Shown piece after piece: positions 13,657-25,809 of a DNA stretch of 64,000 nucleotides. How positions within the stretch are numbered: the stretch's first letter is position 1; each line of letters opens with the position of its first letter. This DNA comes from Camelus ferus (taxonomy: Eukaryota). The notes beneath the pieces are model-generated. The model did no database searches and was not told where the DNA came from. It was given only the letters and a program-made list of their open reading frames with translations. The stretch is taken from contig NC_045697.1 of the NCBI RefSeq assembly GCF_009834535.1, positions 53,322,001-53,386,000 of the forward strand, given 5' to 3'. Both the position numbers and the translations under genes were made by a program.

Positions 13657-13935
13657 GTACCTCAATGTGTCTTTTAGTCTAAAACTCTTTAAACAAATAT
13701 CTAAAATGATATTTTGGATGTGTTAATTAAAATTTCATTAATACATGAGAACATACATTTTTCATATTCATTGCTTACCGTTTGCCAACACTAAAAATAT
13801 GGTTAGCCTTATGCAAGTCTATGTGATATAATGGGAAACTCAGCTCTCATATTAGTTAGTAGTAACTTTCATAAACATTTACTTTCTTAACTTCTCTCAG
13901 TAGTTTCCCAATCGGTAATAATATTCATATTTAAT

Positions 13936-14733
13936 TGTGGGTTTGTCACCAGCTGTGGGTTTTCACCAGCAGAAGTCCCACAGAGATGGAATGAATTACT
14001 CGAGACTCTGTGCAAAAAGTCAAGAGAGCGAGAGGGAGTCAGGAGCCAACTCCACGAACCTCTCAAATGCTCCCACATTTATTGTGTACAATCAAAGGAG
14101 AAATCACTGACAGTTATGTGACCCGGAATGGAGGAATTTAGGGAAAGACAGGGTGGGATCAAGATTGTTGAGTTTGGCTCAAGGTCAGAAGACCCTTTAT
14201 GTTTTGGTAAATCATGTTCATGTTGACATCAGCCAGCCTTACAGCTTATCAGGGTGGAATGTATGAGAAGCAGCTGCTTAACGTTTTTCTTGGACTCAGG
14301 TGGCTGTGCCTGTCTTAGGTTGCCCCCCTCTGGAGATCTTACCCGTCATTGGCTAACCAGCCTTCTCACCTCTGAGTCTGCAGCTTTTTATAACTTGTTT
14401 ACCATTCCAGCCCAAGACTCGTTCCTTTGGGGGCCTACAGTTTACCTTTAGGGAAGTCATGGGAAGAGGGGAGCAAGATACATTCTTATAGATATGTTGA
14501 AGCAGACCACCAGACCAGCCAGTTCCTTGCTTTGGGGACAGAAGACTATCTAACAGCAGGCATGCCCAGCGTTTATAGCCGAGGGCCTGGGTCGTTGCTT
14601 TGCAACTGAGCAGAGTGCTACCTACAACCTCAACTATGCAAGCAAGGCAGTTACTAAGCACATTTGCTCTTCTTTAAGGAGACAAGTGGCTGGGGTCTGT
14701 TACAATTTGTTCACCCAGTCATGGGCTCCCACA
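13936..14733 (-). mobile_element. Solo ERV LTR (~800 bp, ERVK/beta-like termini)
   Basis: TGTGGG...CCCACA inverted termini; 6-bp flanks tttaat/ttcaat; AATAAA at 14078-14083 on the minus strand; GC-richer than the flanks. Confidence 0.75.
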
Positions 14734-15229
14734 TTCAATCTAATTTATATAATTATAATGATTAGAAATAATTTCTGTGAAGTGAATTGGTATCTCCATG
14801 GCACCTACTTTTTCAGAAGTCACAAAATGAGATGGCTGGAGTAACCAGGCACATAAGTGCCTGAAGTCAGTCCAGGTTTAAGGAAAAGAAGGCATCATGG
14901 GGACTGTAATGTGGCCTTCCTGAAAGTGTCAGCCAGGTAATTCTCAGCTCCAGTCAATTTTGACATGTAACATCCAAGCCCCATTGTCATCAAATCTTCC
15001 ACCTTTTAGGGTAAGCTGAGTGTTTCATTATTTATTCGGGATATTTTTGTATGTTGACTGTCAATAAATTAAAGTTGTTTAAAAATATCGTGTCTGCAGA
15101 CAAAACCCAAGCCCAGCTAAATTTTGCCCAAGTTTGCTGGGCAATTTGAGCCAATTTGAGACCTTTGGAGAAAATGTTAGTTTCTAAGTGCATGTAATTA
15201 TTGGGAAATGAATCAGGATGTGCCAGGAA

Positions 15230-16060
15230 TTATTCTAACCATCTAGAAGAAAACCATAAGTGAAAGAAAAATCTCTTCTTTCACGGAGCTTATATTTTAA
15301 CTGGCTGAGAGAGATGAACCCATGATAAATAATAAATTGTTGGTGTGATCATGTTTCATGCTAAAGAGAAAGCTGAATTGTAGAAAGCGAATGGGAAGTA
15401 CTGGTTGGGATAAGGTGTTCACAGCTGGATAGTGTGAACAGGAACTGTTCCCCCTAGCAAAAGAGCAAAAACTAGAAGAAAGTAAATCTTGCAGGTAGTT
15501 CAGAAAGAACCCATTTACAGAGGCCCTGATTTATAAGTCTGCCTGGCAAGTCTGAGAAATACTGGATAGACCAGTGTGAAATAGTGAATTTGGTGGAAAC
15601 AAAGTCAGAGAAGCAAATGGGACCAATAATACAGGGTTCTCTGGTAATGAAAGGACTTTAAGAAGACAATGACATTGATTGGAAACTGATGTCAAATAGG
15701 AGATATCTTAAGGGGTCAAGGGAAGAGACATGAACCGTTTAGAGCCTACTATAGTAGTCTAGATATGTGATTGTGCCAGTAGAGGGGATGGTTAAGAATT
15801 GTAATATTCTAGATATACTCTGAAACTTAGAGAAGATAGAATTTAATAACTTAGAGGTAAAGTGAGAGAGAAAGGAAAAGGTCAATAATTATTCCTGATT
15901 TTTGGCTTGATCACCTGGAATAATGTAGTTACTATTTACTGAGATAGCAAAGATGGAGAGAGGAGCTGGTTTAGGGGGAAAAATTAGGAGCTTAGTTTAT
16001 AAAAGTTAAGTTTGAAGTGCTCATTGGAAATTTAAGTTAGAATGTAGAGTAAACATTGTA
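15230..16060. mobile_element. Degenerate L2-like segment
   Basis: Purine-rich L2-like phrases (ggagcttatattttaactgg, tttttggcttgatcacctggaataatgtagtt, gttaagtttgaagtgc). Confidence 0.5.
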
Positions 16061-18277
16061 TAACACTTGACTGCCTAATGGGATTAATGAAAATATTAAA
16101 GAAAAGACCAAAGGCAGACTTTTATCAAAATTAGCTAGCCTCATAACTTCTTATGCAACTGGTGTACAGCTAATATAAGGATGAAAAAAAAGGAACTTTT
16201 TACCACAGCGAGATGTAAAAGGCCTGAAGTAGATGAGTTCTGTAGGATGCAAATAGAAAGAAAGAAAGTCCTATAATATATGAAGCCCCATACTATTTCA
16301 GTGGGTATATAGTTGATGTCATATGTTTAATACATTACAATAATTGTATCCATAGTTCATCAACACACTTACCTGTATACAGGAACTTCCTTAAGTGTAA
16401 GAACCAGGTAGTCCAGAAAGAAGATAATGTGTGGAGGTATTTGTGTGAAATTGAGGGAACTGAGAGTTAGGACATAAGCAAACAAAAAGATCAACAGCCC
16501 TCTGAGAATAAAAATAAAACTTGAATACAGGTTGATAAGAGCTAGAAATAATTTAAGAAATGCCAATTATCATTAAAAGTGTTAATAATTGATTACAATT
16601 TTGGCTTTTGGAAATAAATTGTAACTTTCATGAATTTCTAAGTCTGAAAGGAAGTGGTCTCTGGTAGAAAAAAACATCAAATTTATGTGAGCTATGAAGA
16701 ATGACTTAGGAGAACTGTATCTAACCATTTTTTTCTAAAAAAGTTTAATTCAATATATTTTTGATATGTTTTGAGAAATCTATGAATGCAATTTTATTAA
16801 AACACAAAACATACAGTTACCTCTAATTTTAATGTCAAAATGTTCCTCTATTACATAGAAAACATCCTTTTAAACTAAATGTCTGATATCTATTGGAATA
16901 GCTATATGCATGTGTAGTAAGGTAAAATTACAATGAGCCCTGTGCCACTATCATGATTAAACATGGAACTGATACAGATCATTGGGTAATTTGTATATTA
17001 AACTAGTGATTTCTATTTAAAGATTATTATTATAAAGCTAATAGTGAAAATAGATGTTTCTCCATTTCAAAAGAGCAAGAGTTTCTTAAATTCAAATATT
17101 TGCTTTTCTGATAGGTTCATTAAACTGTTTTTTTTTTTCTTCTTTTCTATTATATCCCTCCTTCTTTTCCATGCCATATGAGGTGGTAAATGATGGTTTC
17201 ATAACTCATTTGTAGTTTTAAACTCAGAATAGAGCACATGTTAGTATTTAGAGTATTGCCACTAATCATGTATGACTTTCTCAGTAACTGAATACAAGAA
17301 AGTTCCTCTAAGTTTACCAGAAGAGGAAGAGAGATCCAGGGAAGTCATGTGAAGAGTATAAAGACACAGTTGGACTCAAGTCAGGAAATACTGGCTTTTA
17401 TTCCAGTGATTTTTATATTCAAGAGTAGTCTGTCACCCCACTTCTTTACTGAGTAATCTTTTTCAATTTTGATTTTTGAGCCAAATACATCTTGGTGTGT
17501 GTGAATGAAAATATATTTGGTCAACTTCAGGAAATTTTGTAGTCTAACTTGAGGAAAATATTTATGTGAAAAGTATTAATAGACAACATGTAGATGAATA
17601 TAAATGTAGTTTAAAACACAAATATATTAGATAATGTTAATTAATAAGAATTGGACCTCATCAGTGTAGTTAATAAGAATTTATTATCTAGATTTTCTTA
17701 TGTGCTTATAGACATGGAAATTACCAGAATTAGAATAAAGGTAGTGTATACAAACTCAATTTTATCTAAAATAAAATTAAGTAGATATGATAAAGTAGTA
17801 ATAATTCATTCTTTGTCAAATGTGATCATTCTATGTGCTAAAGCATTGTGACACTAGTGATATAAAGAAAATTTAGATTATATTCCCTTATTTCAAGTGT
17901 TTTTATAATAAACTTATATGAGATAAGTTGACCAAAATGTGATGGGAATATATTCAAAAGTCAAAATGTTATGAGAATATCAAAAAGGTAACTTCTTAAT
18001 GATGGAAATTAAAATGTAAAAAGAAGGCAAAATTTAATACGGGAATAAAATAGAAAAGTTCATGTATATCTTAAAAACAATAAATAATCTTTCCAAAAGA
18101 TCATTTTGTTAGCAAAGAAATAACATACACATAAATTCTGAATTTATCTTAAGGTTAAAAATATAATCAATTATGGCAAAGTACATATTAGACTTCCAGG
18201 TAATAAATAAGGTTTTAGGTACTCAGACAGTAAGCTAGTAATTCTCATTCTCCATTGGAGATTGTCCTTTTTCTTTG

Positions 18278-18410
18278 TTTTTTTTTAAGATATTTATTTA
18301 TTTATTCATTCATTTATTTTGAGGGGTGGTTAATGGAGGTACTGGGGATTGAACCTAGGACCTCTTGCATGCTAAGCACATAACTCTACCATTAGCTACA
18401 CTCTCACCCC
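18278..18410 (-). mobile_element. Camelid tRNA-derived SINE (Vic-1-like)
   Basis: Antisense tRNA-like head (ggggattgaacctaggacctc..tgcatgctaagca..ctctacca), A-rich tail, 15-bp TSD tgtcctttt(t/g)ctttg at 18263-18277 and 18411-18425. Confidence 0.85.
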
Positions 18411-20385
18411 TGTCCTTTTGCTTTGGATCATAAAGAAATACATATGCATGTTTGATTGTGGCAGCTAGATAATTCAAATATAGTATTTTGGCATTTGATT
18501 TCTAAATATTGTATTCACGTAGGCTCCCTCTAAATAACTATTGGAATAAGTCTGCCTTTTAAAATAAACATGGCTAAGTCATGTGCAAGGTTTATTTTCA
18601 ACAGGTTTTATTATGTTCTTTTCCTTTACAGTTTTTCTTCTTCCCTCCCTTCGTACCTCCTTCCCTCCCTCCCTCCCTTCCTCCCTTTCTTCCTTCTTGT
18701 ATTCTTTCCTTATTCTTTGAAACAACAGGTGTTAAGCACTTTTATAGGCACTAGGTCACATTACTGAGTAGATTAAAAGCAATATGTGGATAAAGTAAAT
18801 ATAAGGAATCGTGAATAAAAATTCAAGTGATCCTACTTTAATGTAAATGAAGATGTAAACCACTCTGAAATTTAACATATCTTATATTTTAGGTTAGAAC
18901 ACTAAATTAAATTGTTATATATTAAATGAGATATATTTAAAATTATATTTGACAAGATAGGAAGTTGTGGAATATGTGTGATATGCAAAATAACAACTGC
19001 TAACTCCAAGCTCAGAAATGGCTTTCTTATTTTATCTATAATCTTATATTCCATGACACACTGATGACTTTATAAATCTAATAGACTGGAGTTTATATTG
19101 CTATCTTTAAATAAAGGAAGAATAATACATTTTCTTCCAAGACCAACTGTCATGCCCTTGAAAACGTCAAGGTGTTTCATTAACAGCACAGCACAACAAA
19201 ACAATATTGACATCTCACGAGTGTGCTGCCATGAGGATACAACCCTAGCCAAGTTTTATAACGCCCTTTCCTGTTTTATGGTTTTTTAATCTCCTCCAGT
19301 GACCGGATGATCTTTAGCTATCAATTCATACTATTGAGAGAAACCCAAAGCTGGAGAGTCCTTGACAGATTCTTGAAGTACATTGTCTAAGTCCCCAAAC
19401 AGCTGAGCTGTATGTTATATTACTATGTTATTCTACTGTAATATAGAGATATGAGACGAAAAAATAGAAACATTCTTTAAGTGCAACTGGATGTAAGATA
19501 TTTGTTTGCATCCAGGGGATTAAAAAGATATTGAAATTGCCCTAAGTTACTTTCATATTAATCTGGGAGACAAACAACTATACAGACTGCCTAGGAGCGT
19601 TTTGAAGGCATTAGGGAATCCTTGGACATAGGAGGTAATTAACAAGGGTAAGATGATACAGGAAAAGTGCAGTCCGATAATAAGTAAGCCGAGTTCAGAA
19701 ACTTAGAACATTAATGTCACGCATGGGAGAAAGAAGAGGAGTCCATGAAAATACCAGGAAGAAATAACCAAATGAAGACACTTATAAGGAAAATGTCAGG
19801 AAAAAACAAAACATAATAAATAGAACTAAGTAAAATGGAGACCTTCAGAGGCAACTTGCTTAATTTTCAGCTGCCATTTTCTCACTTGCAAGATGATAGA
19901 GTAATAGTTTTGAGAAAAAAATTGTGAAAAATGCATACAGTAGAGTTGGTCAGTACATTTTAGGATTTATAATTGTCATTCTTACTTTTCTCACCATTAT
20001 TATCATTAGGAAAATAGTTTGGATAAGGAACAAAAGGACTGAGAAGTTCACTTTAAAATAAAGAAGAATCAGGAAATCTTTTCAGATTAAGGAAAAGTTA
20101 ATGTTCATATTTAGGGTCTGACTGGGTGGTTGATGTTCTAAAGTTCTCAGTATTTTACACAAAGAGGGTCAGTGAGGAAAAAAAAGGTAGAATAAAGCTA
20201 ATGTAGACATGAATTGACATAGCTGTTTCTGTAGATTAGCTTTATTTCCACTTTAAAAACTTAATGTCTGAGATGCACATCCTTCTAACAAAAGGAAAAC
20301 CTGTAATTTTGTTAACTCTACCTATTTTCTCATACATGGAGATAAAGGTCAAAATAAAATTGTAGTCATTATTTTGACTATGTTT

Positions 20386-20521
20386 TCTTTTTTTCTTTTT
20401 TTTTTGGTGGGGGAGGTAATTACATTGACTTATTTATTCTTAGAGGGGGTTCTGGGGGTTGAACCCAGGACCTCATGTATGCTAAGCATGCGCTCTACCA
20501 CTTGAACTATACCCTCCCGCC
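20386..20521 (-). mobile_element. Camelid tRNA-derived SINE (Vic-1-like)
   Basis: Same head (ttgaacccaggacctcatgtatgctaagcatgcgctctaccact), poly-A tail, TSD ttgactatgttt at 20374-20385 and 20522-20533. Confidence 0.85.
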
Positions 20522-23500
20522 TTGACTATGTTTCCTTGAAATTAATATTTACATTTTACTATTTCATTTTCTCTCAGCTGTTTACAACCATAAAATAGAT
20601 ATGATTCCTGTCAAAATCCAATGACTTACATGGTTTGAGTTGATAAATTTGTCCTCAACAAAATAGGTGCCTGGAGGTCGGAACTTTATGTCTTACTTAG
20701 CAAGTTGAACCCTACTATGTGGAATTTAGTTCCCTGAATTTGGGTTGTGGAAGACTCACATACTTCAAGTGAAGTTATGCGGTGATATGTTTACATGTGA
20801 CATAAAAATAAATCTTTTCACTGCTTCTCTAGAAAATTCATTTACTTTATTTCTTTTAGGCTGGATAATTTTATGTAGTCAGAACAAAACATTATTGTTA
20901 ATTTTGTTTTGGTTATTATGTTAGACTCAATAATGCTATTTGCATATTGGTTTGAGCTCCAAATTAAACTTGGATTTGATTTTTCTATCATTTGTTTTAA
21001 GGAAACATTTCTAGAGTGTATTAAGAAAGCCCCACTGGAAACTGTCTCCTTTAGTACCTTTGTGGCCTTTCTGGGTAATATAGAAAAGAATGTATGTTTG
21101 AAGGAGACAGCTAGATAATTAAAATCAATAATTTTAAGAAGAAATTCTAAATGTTGTGGTTACATAGGCTCTTCTCCAAAATACACTAATCTCTAATATA
21201 CTCTTCTGAACAATTGGGATCCTTTTTAAAGAAAAATGCTCCTGTACTAGTCACTTTTGAAATGGATTTCAGTATGTTTGACTATATTCCTTTTTTCCAT
21301 TTCTTTTTCCTTCCTTCCATCTTTCTTTCCTTTCTTGCTTTATTCACTATCACCCAAACAGTAGTTATTAAGACTATTTAAGACAATGGGAATATATAAG
21401 TTATGTGACCCTTTGGAGAGAAAATGATAAAAGCAAAAAGCCTATAAGTTATTATAAATTTAAGTTTCAAAGTAACATCTGTCATTTAAATGGAGAAGTT
21501 TAAAAATTAATTTTCAATATAACTAGACCCATATTTTAGCTTGGGAAATTAAAATATAGACATTATTTTTCCTTCTTTTTTATTCAACACTCTAGGAAAT
21601 GTGCAGAATATGCTTGACAGTCAGGAACGAAAAGAACAGACAATAAACCCAGAAGTGGCATTTTTATATATCTACAATTCAACTCCACAACTCCACAAAC
21701 AAGTGATGGTTTTAGAAGACTGATGGACAAGAACATGTCCCACTATTTTGTAATAAAGGGGGGAAAAAGCACTTTTATCTCCATGACCCCATTCCATGTC
21801 CTTGAAAATGAAATGGTGTTTCATTTGAAAGACAAATACTCATCAATGTGCTTATGTGATTTTGCAAGGATGGTACCAAGGTTCTCTACTTCCTTTTTCT
21901 GTTTTAAGTGTTTTTAAGGACTCCAGTTAGTGGGGGGAGAAAATCTCTCACTGCAAACATATACAAATGAGGAAAATTAGAGTCTGGAGAGTTTCAGGAG
22001 AGAGTACAAATCCTAGAAGCTTATTTAGTTATCTGCAAAAGCAGCTACATAAATAATATTTTTCTGTTTCATCTTATTATAATAAAAAATATAGATCTGA
22101 CAGATTTGGAACAAGATGTGGTTTCACATGGATGCATTCTGTGAACAAGTGATTCAAGTGAAAAGGTGATTGTGGTGCTTATATTTTAATTTGAGAAATA
22201 TAAAAATAAACAGAGATGTTCAGAAGATAATTGGGTATGCCAGTCTAAATTGAGGGGCAGAAATTCAGAATCACATCTAAATATTTCAACATCATCAGAC
22301 CATAGGTGAGAATTAAAATTCTCAAAGTGGCAAGATGATAGGGGAAGAGGTATATAGAAGAAAAAGAGGCTGCGGAGGGACCCTAGAGGATATCAGTGTT
22401 ACATCTGAGCAAAAGAAATCAATGAAAAAAGAAAGAGAAGTAGTCCTAGGAAGAGAGATACAAGGAGAGTGCTGAGCAGTGAGACTTCATCCCTAGGACC
22501 AAATGCAGTCGTGCCCTTGGGGACAAGGTACAATTGCATCTACTGCATTGTTGTTAATAATTTTAAGAGTTTTGAAAATTGCACCTCTTGGGGAGTGATG
22601 GAAATGTTAGCTATCTTGATTGTGGTAGTGGTTTCATTGGTGCCTACATCTAACAAAATTCATCAAACTGTACAGCTGACATAAGTGTAGATTACTATAC
22701 AGGAACCATACCATAATAAAGGTGTTAAAAAGTAATGATTGTGAGAGTTAGCTGAGACAGTGCGTATTAATCACAAGGCACATGATGGGTGCTCAGTAAA
22801 TTCTAGCTGTAAAATCATTATTACTACTTTCATCATAATCATTCTCATGAGAAAAGAATAGCTTTGGAAGGGAGTGAAAAGAAAGAGAAAGCGATGTTGG
22901 CTTTGGACTAGAAGATCAGCACATTTTTGGGACTGGAAGGTGAAGGTCCACGTTCAAATTTAGATCAACTTATAGAAAGATTAGACTGGGAGGTTGATGC
23001 TTATGGTTGATAAATTTGATGTCTTCTTTGGTGAAGAAAGGGCGATTATTTTCTGCTAATGAGTGAAGGAGAGAAAATTCAAGCCCTGTGGAGAATAATG
23101 GAACGACTAATGGTTTTTGAAGACCAAAAAAGGAAATATAGCTACCTTCTAACAACAAGAAAATATTCGGTAAGGAGTTTTGAGTGTTCAGTAAATTAAA
23201 AGATACATAAATATACAGGGGTCAGTTATATGGTTGGGAGATATTTTTTTCCTTTAGAATTTAGCTGCCTGGGTAAAATGGCAGTGGGAGTGAATTTTAA
23301 GGATTTCCAGTGTTGGGGTTTTTCCAGGCAGGATGGTTAAAGGCAGAAAGGCAGTGTGAACTATGAAGAGAATAGTTAAAACGATCAATGATGGAGTCCA
23401 GGTAAGTAGGAAAGGAAGGCAGGCAAGTGGAAATAAATAGAATGGATTGCTGTGGTGGGAGAGGCTTGACTGATTGGAAGAGTCTTTGAAGTGAAATCAG

Positions 23501-23771
23501 AAGTCCCCAGCTTTTACTCATTTTACCCTTCTGAAATACTTATGTCACATAATGCCTCTCAGGTGGTCTCCCACCTCAAACCAATTGCATAACACAGACT
23601 GCCATGTCGTAGTAGTCTTCACTGCTTCCTGATGCACTTTCTTTGAATTCCTCACATCCCTAGGTTTTCTAAAGACAGTGCTTAGCTTTTTCATGCGTTC
23701 CTGTTCCTCTACGCTTGCACCCACCTCAGTGAATTTGCTTTACTGTTTGCTGAAAGAAGCCATCAAAAAGA

Positions 23772-24159
23772 TGTGACAGTCAGTTGACCCACAAGGGAGG
23801 TAGGGAGGCTCTTTGCCCCCTCCCCTGGGCATTCTGCTTGCCTTCCATGATGCCCAGAAACCGCTCCAAGGATACAGCCTTGAAACAGAAATGTGCTGTT
23901 GAGGCTATTTGAATCCGGCTAAGTCCTACTCTGTACACCACTGAATCCAGTTAATGCCTCTATATAAACTTTTAAGATTCGGGTGTGTGGTGTGGAAATC
24001 CACTGGTCTTGCAGCCACCTAAGACAAGCCTTGCAAGTAAGTTCCCTTGCTTATTAAACCTGGAGAGGTCTGCCTCTTTGTTTGGTCTGTCCTTGCCCTC
24101 CGTGTAAGGGGGTTACGTTCATATTACACTCAGTAAGCTCTCTATGAGGTTGCAAAACA
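23772..24159 (+). mobile_element. Solo LTR-like element
   Basis: TG...CA ends, TATATAAA at ~23960, ATTAAA at ~24053, then a U5-like pyrimidine-rich tail. Confidence 0.6.
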
Positions 24160-24999
24160 GCACTGTCTTCTACTGGAACTGTGTTTCTCCAGCTCATTCT
24201 CACATTATTTTCATTTCACTGGTCAAACTTCCACTTGTCGGAATGGCCTTTCTGACCGCCCTATCTAAGTTACTCCTCTGCTGCTCTGCCTTGTTCTTTA
24301 GTGCAAGTATCTCTGCTTGGCATACCATGTATCGCTGCTGCTTTTTTTTTAAATTGAAGTAGAGCTGATTTACGATATTGTGTTCATTTCTGGTGTACAG
24401 TACAGCCTAGTGATTCATTACCATGTCAGTGCTGCTTTTCTCGTTTGTCTTCCTCCAGTGATGGGAATGTAAATATCATTAAAGCCGGGGCCTTGTTTTA
24501 TTTTCTGCTGTTCAGTAACATCTAGGAAAAATGTTTAGCGTATCATTGGTGTTCAGTTTGTTGAAAGAAAGTCTAAACTGCTGATGCAAGGCCTTAGAAT
24601 GGTTTGCGTTCTCAGGGCCTGAATTGCTTCTTGGGGATACTGTGGGCTGTCATCTGGGCAAGCAGGGGCTATGATTGGAGACCTGAGCATTTTGGTGAAG
24701 GTTGTTTGTGGTAACAGATGGGAGCAGGAACGAAGCAGAGAGATGTTAGGGTGAGGACTGAACAGTACTGAGAGCACAGCTTATTGTATTCGTAGCATTC
24801 AACTACAGTGTGTATAATAGGCATACTTGAAATGAAGGGCCCTAAGTGTATAAAAGTGATTTCATTGTACCCTAGAGCCATCAGACAGAGCTATGCTCTG
24901 TCCACAGAACTGTGAAAACATAAGATTCTGGTTTGTAGCCACCACTTTTGGGCTTTGTTAAGGTAGCCCTAGAAAGCTAATACAACAGGATAACCAGTA

Positions 25000-25283
25000 T
25001 ATGCTTGATGGATCAATTTATTATGCGTGGCAAGTTTTTTTTTTTTTTCGAAATATTTTAACAAAGAAAAGAAAATAGAAAACAATCAAGTACTTCAGAG
25101 GACAAAATTACTACCATCTAGAAAAATCTTGATAATTCACAATTTTGTGTTGTTCATGGAAAAGTAGTGATTGCATTTTCTTTTTCATTTTTGTTCTTGT
25201 TGTTATTTAGAAAGATGGGATTTGGACACAGCAGGAGAGTAGCAAGATTCATCATGAGTACAAAGCAAATAGCCTCATCAAGC
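25000..25283 (-). other. Gene A exon 6 (3'UTR) with polyA signal
   Basis: Acceptor ttcctgcag|GCTTGATGAG; AATAAA at 25017-25022; paralogous to 42470-42741. Confidence 0.7.
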
Positions 25284-25344
25284 CTGCAGGAAAAGAAAAT
25301 ACGCTTTTTATTAAATCTGAACTACAGACGAAGTCCTTGCTAGT

Positions 25345-25809
25345 ACCGATATGCTTTTTGTTTTTGAGTGACATCCAGACGTACTTCTTTCTCTCTGACC
25401 AAGTGTTCACAATGGCCCATTTGTAACTCCCAGCTCTGTCTCCTTCACGTGTTAGTTGGACTTCTCTCTTTCCTGGTGCCCCTATCTCTGCTTGCCCCCA
25501 AGCCTGGACAAGGACTAAAATGTGGAACATGCCTCCTTAGTGGCTTATTCTGAGAATCAAGTGACCTCATGGGACACTTCTTCAGTCAGATCCTTCAGGC
25601 CATTGCCTTACGTTTGCCCAAATTCCCCCAAAAGTTTCTGCTAATCTTGATTTACCTCTCTTTATCTAACAAATAAAGCCTGTTTCTGTTTGCTTTCGAG
25701 ACCCTTGCAGATTTCTGAGATTTGAGCATTCTTCCCCTTACAGTGTTCTCCATTCTGAATGAAATCTCTCCTTACCGAAGTTTGCTTTTGTTTTTATTTG
25801 AATTGTCAC
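25345..25809 (+). mobile_element. Old LTR in gene A last intron (paralog ~42805-43220)
   Basis: LTR-like composition, AATAAA, U5-like tail ending in CA; present in both duplication units. Confidence 0.5.

Noticed and set aside
16932..16982. ATG-initiated 51-nt block ending att|gtaatt, the size of a signal exon
   Set aside because: MICISSMFNHDSGTGLI is not a signal peptide and there is no AG acceptor; probably chance.
18278..20521. Two tRNA-like sequences
   Set aside because: A-rich tails and TSDs show they are SINEs, not tRNA genes.
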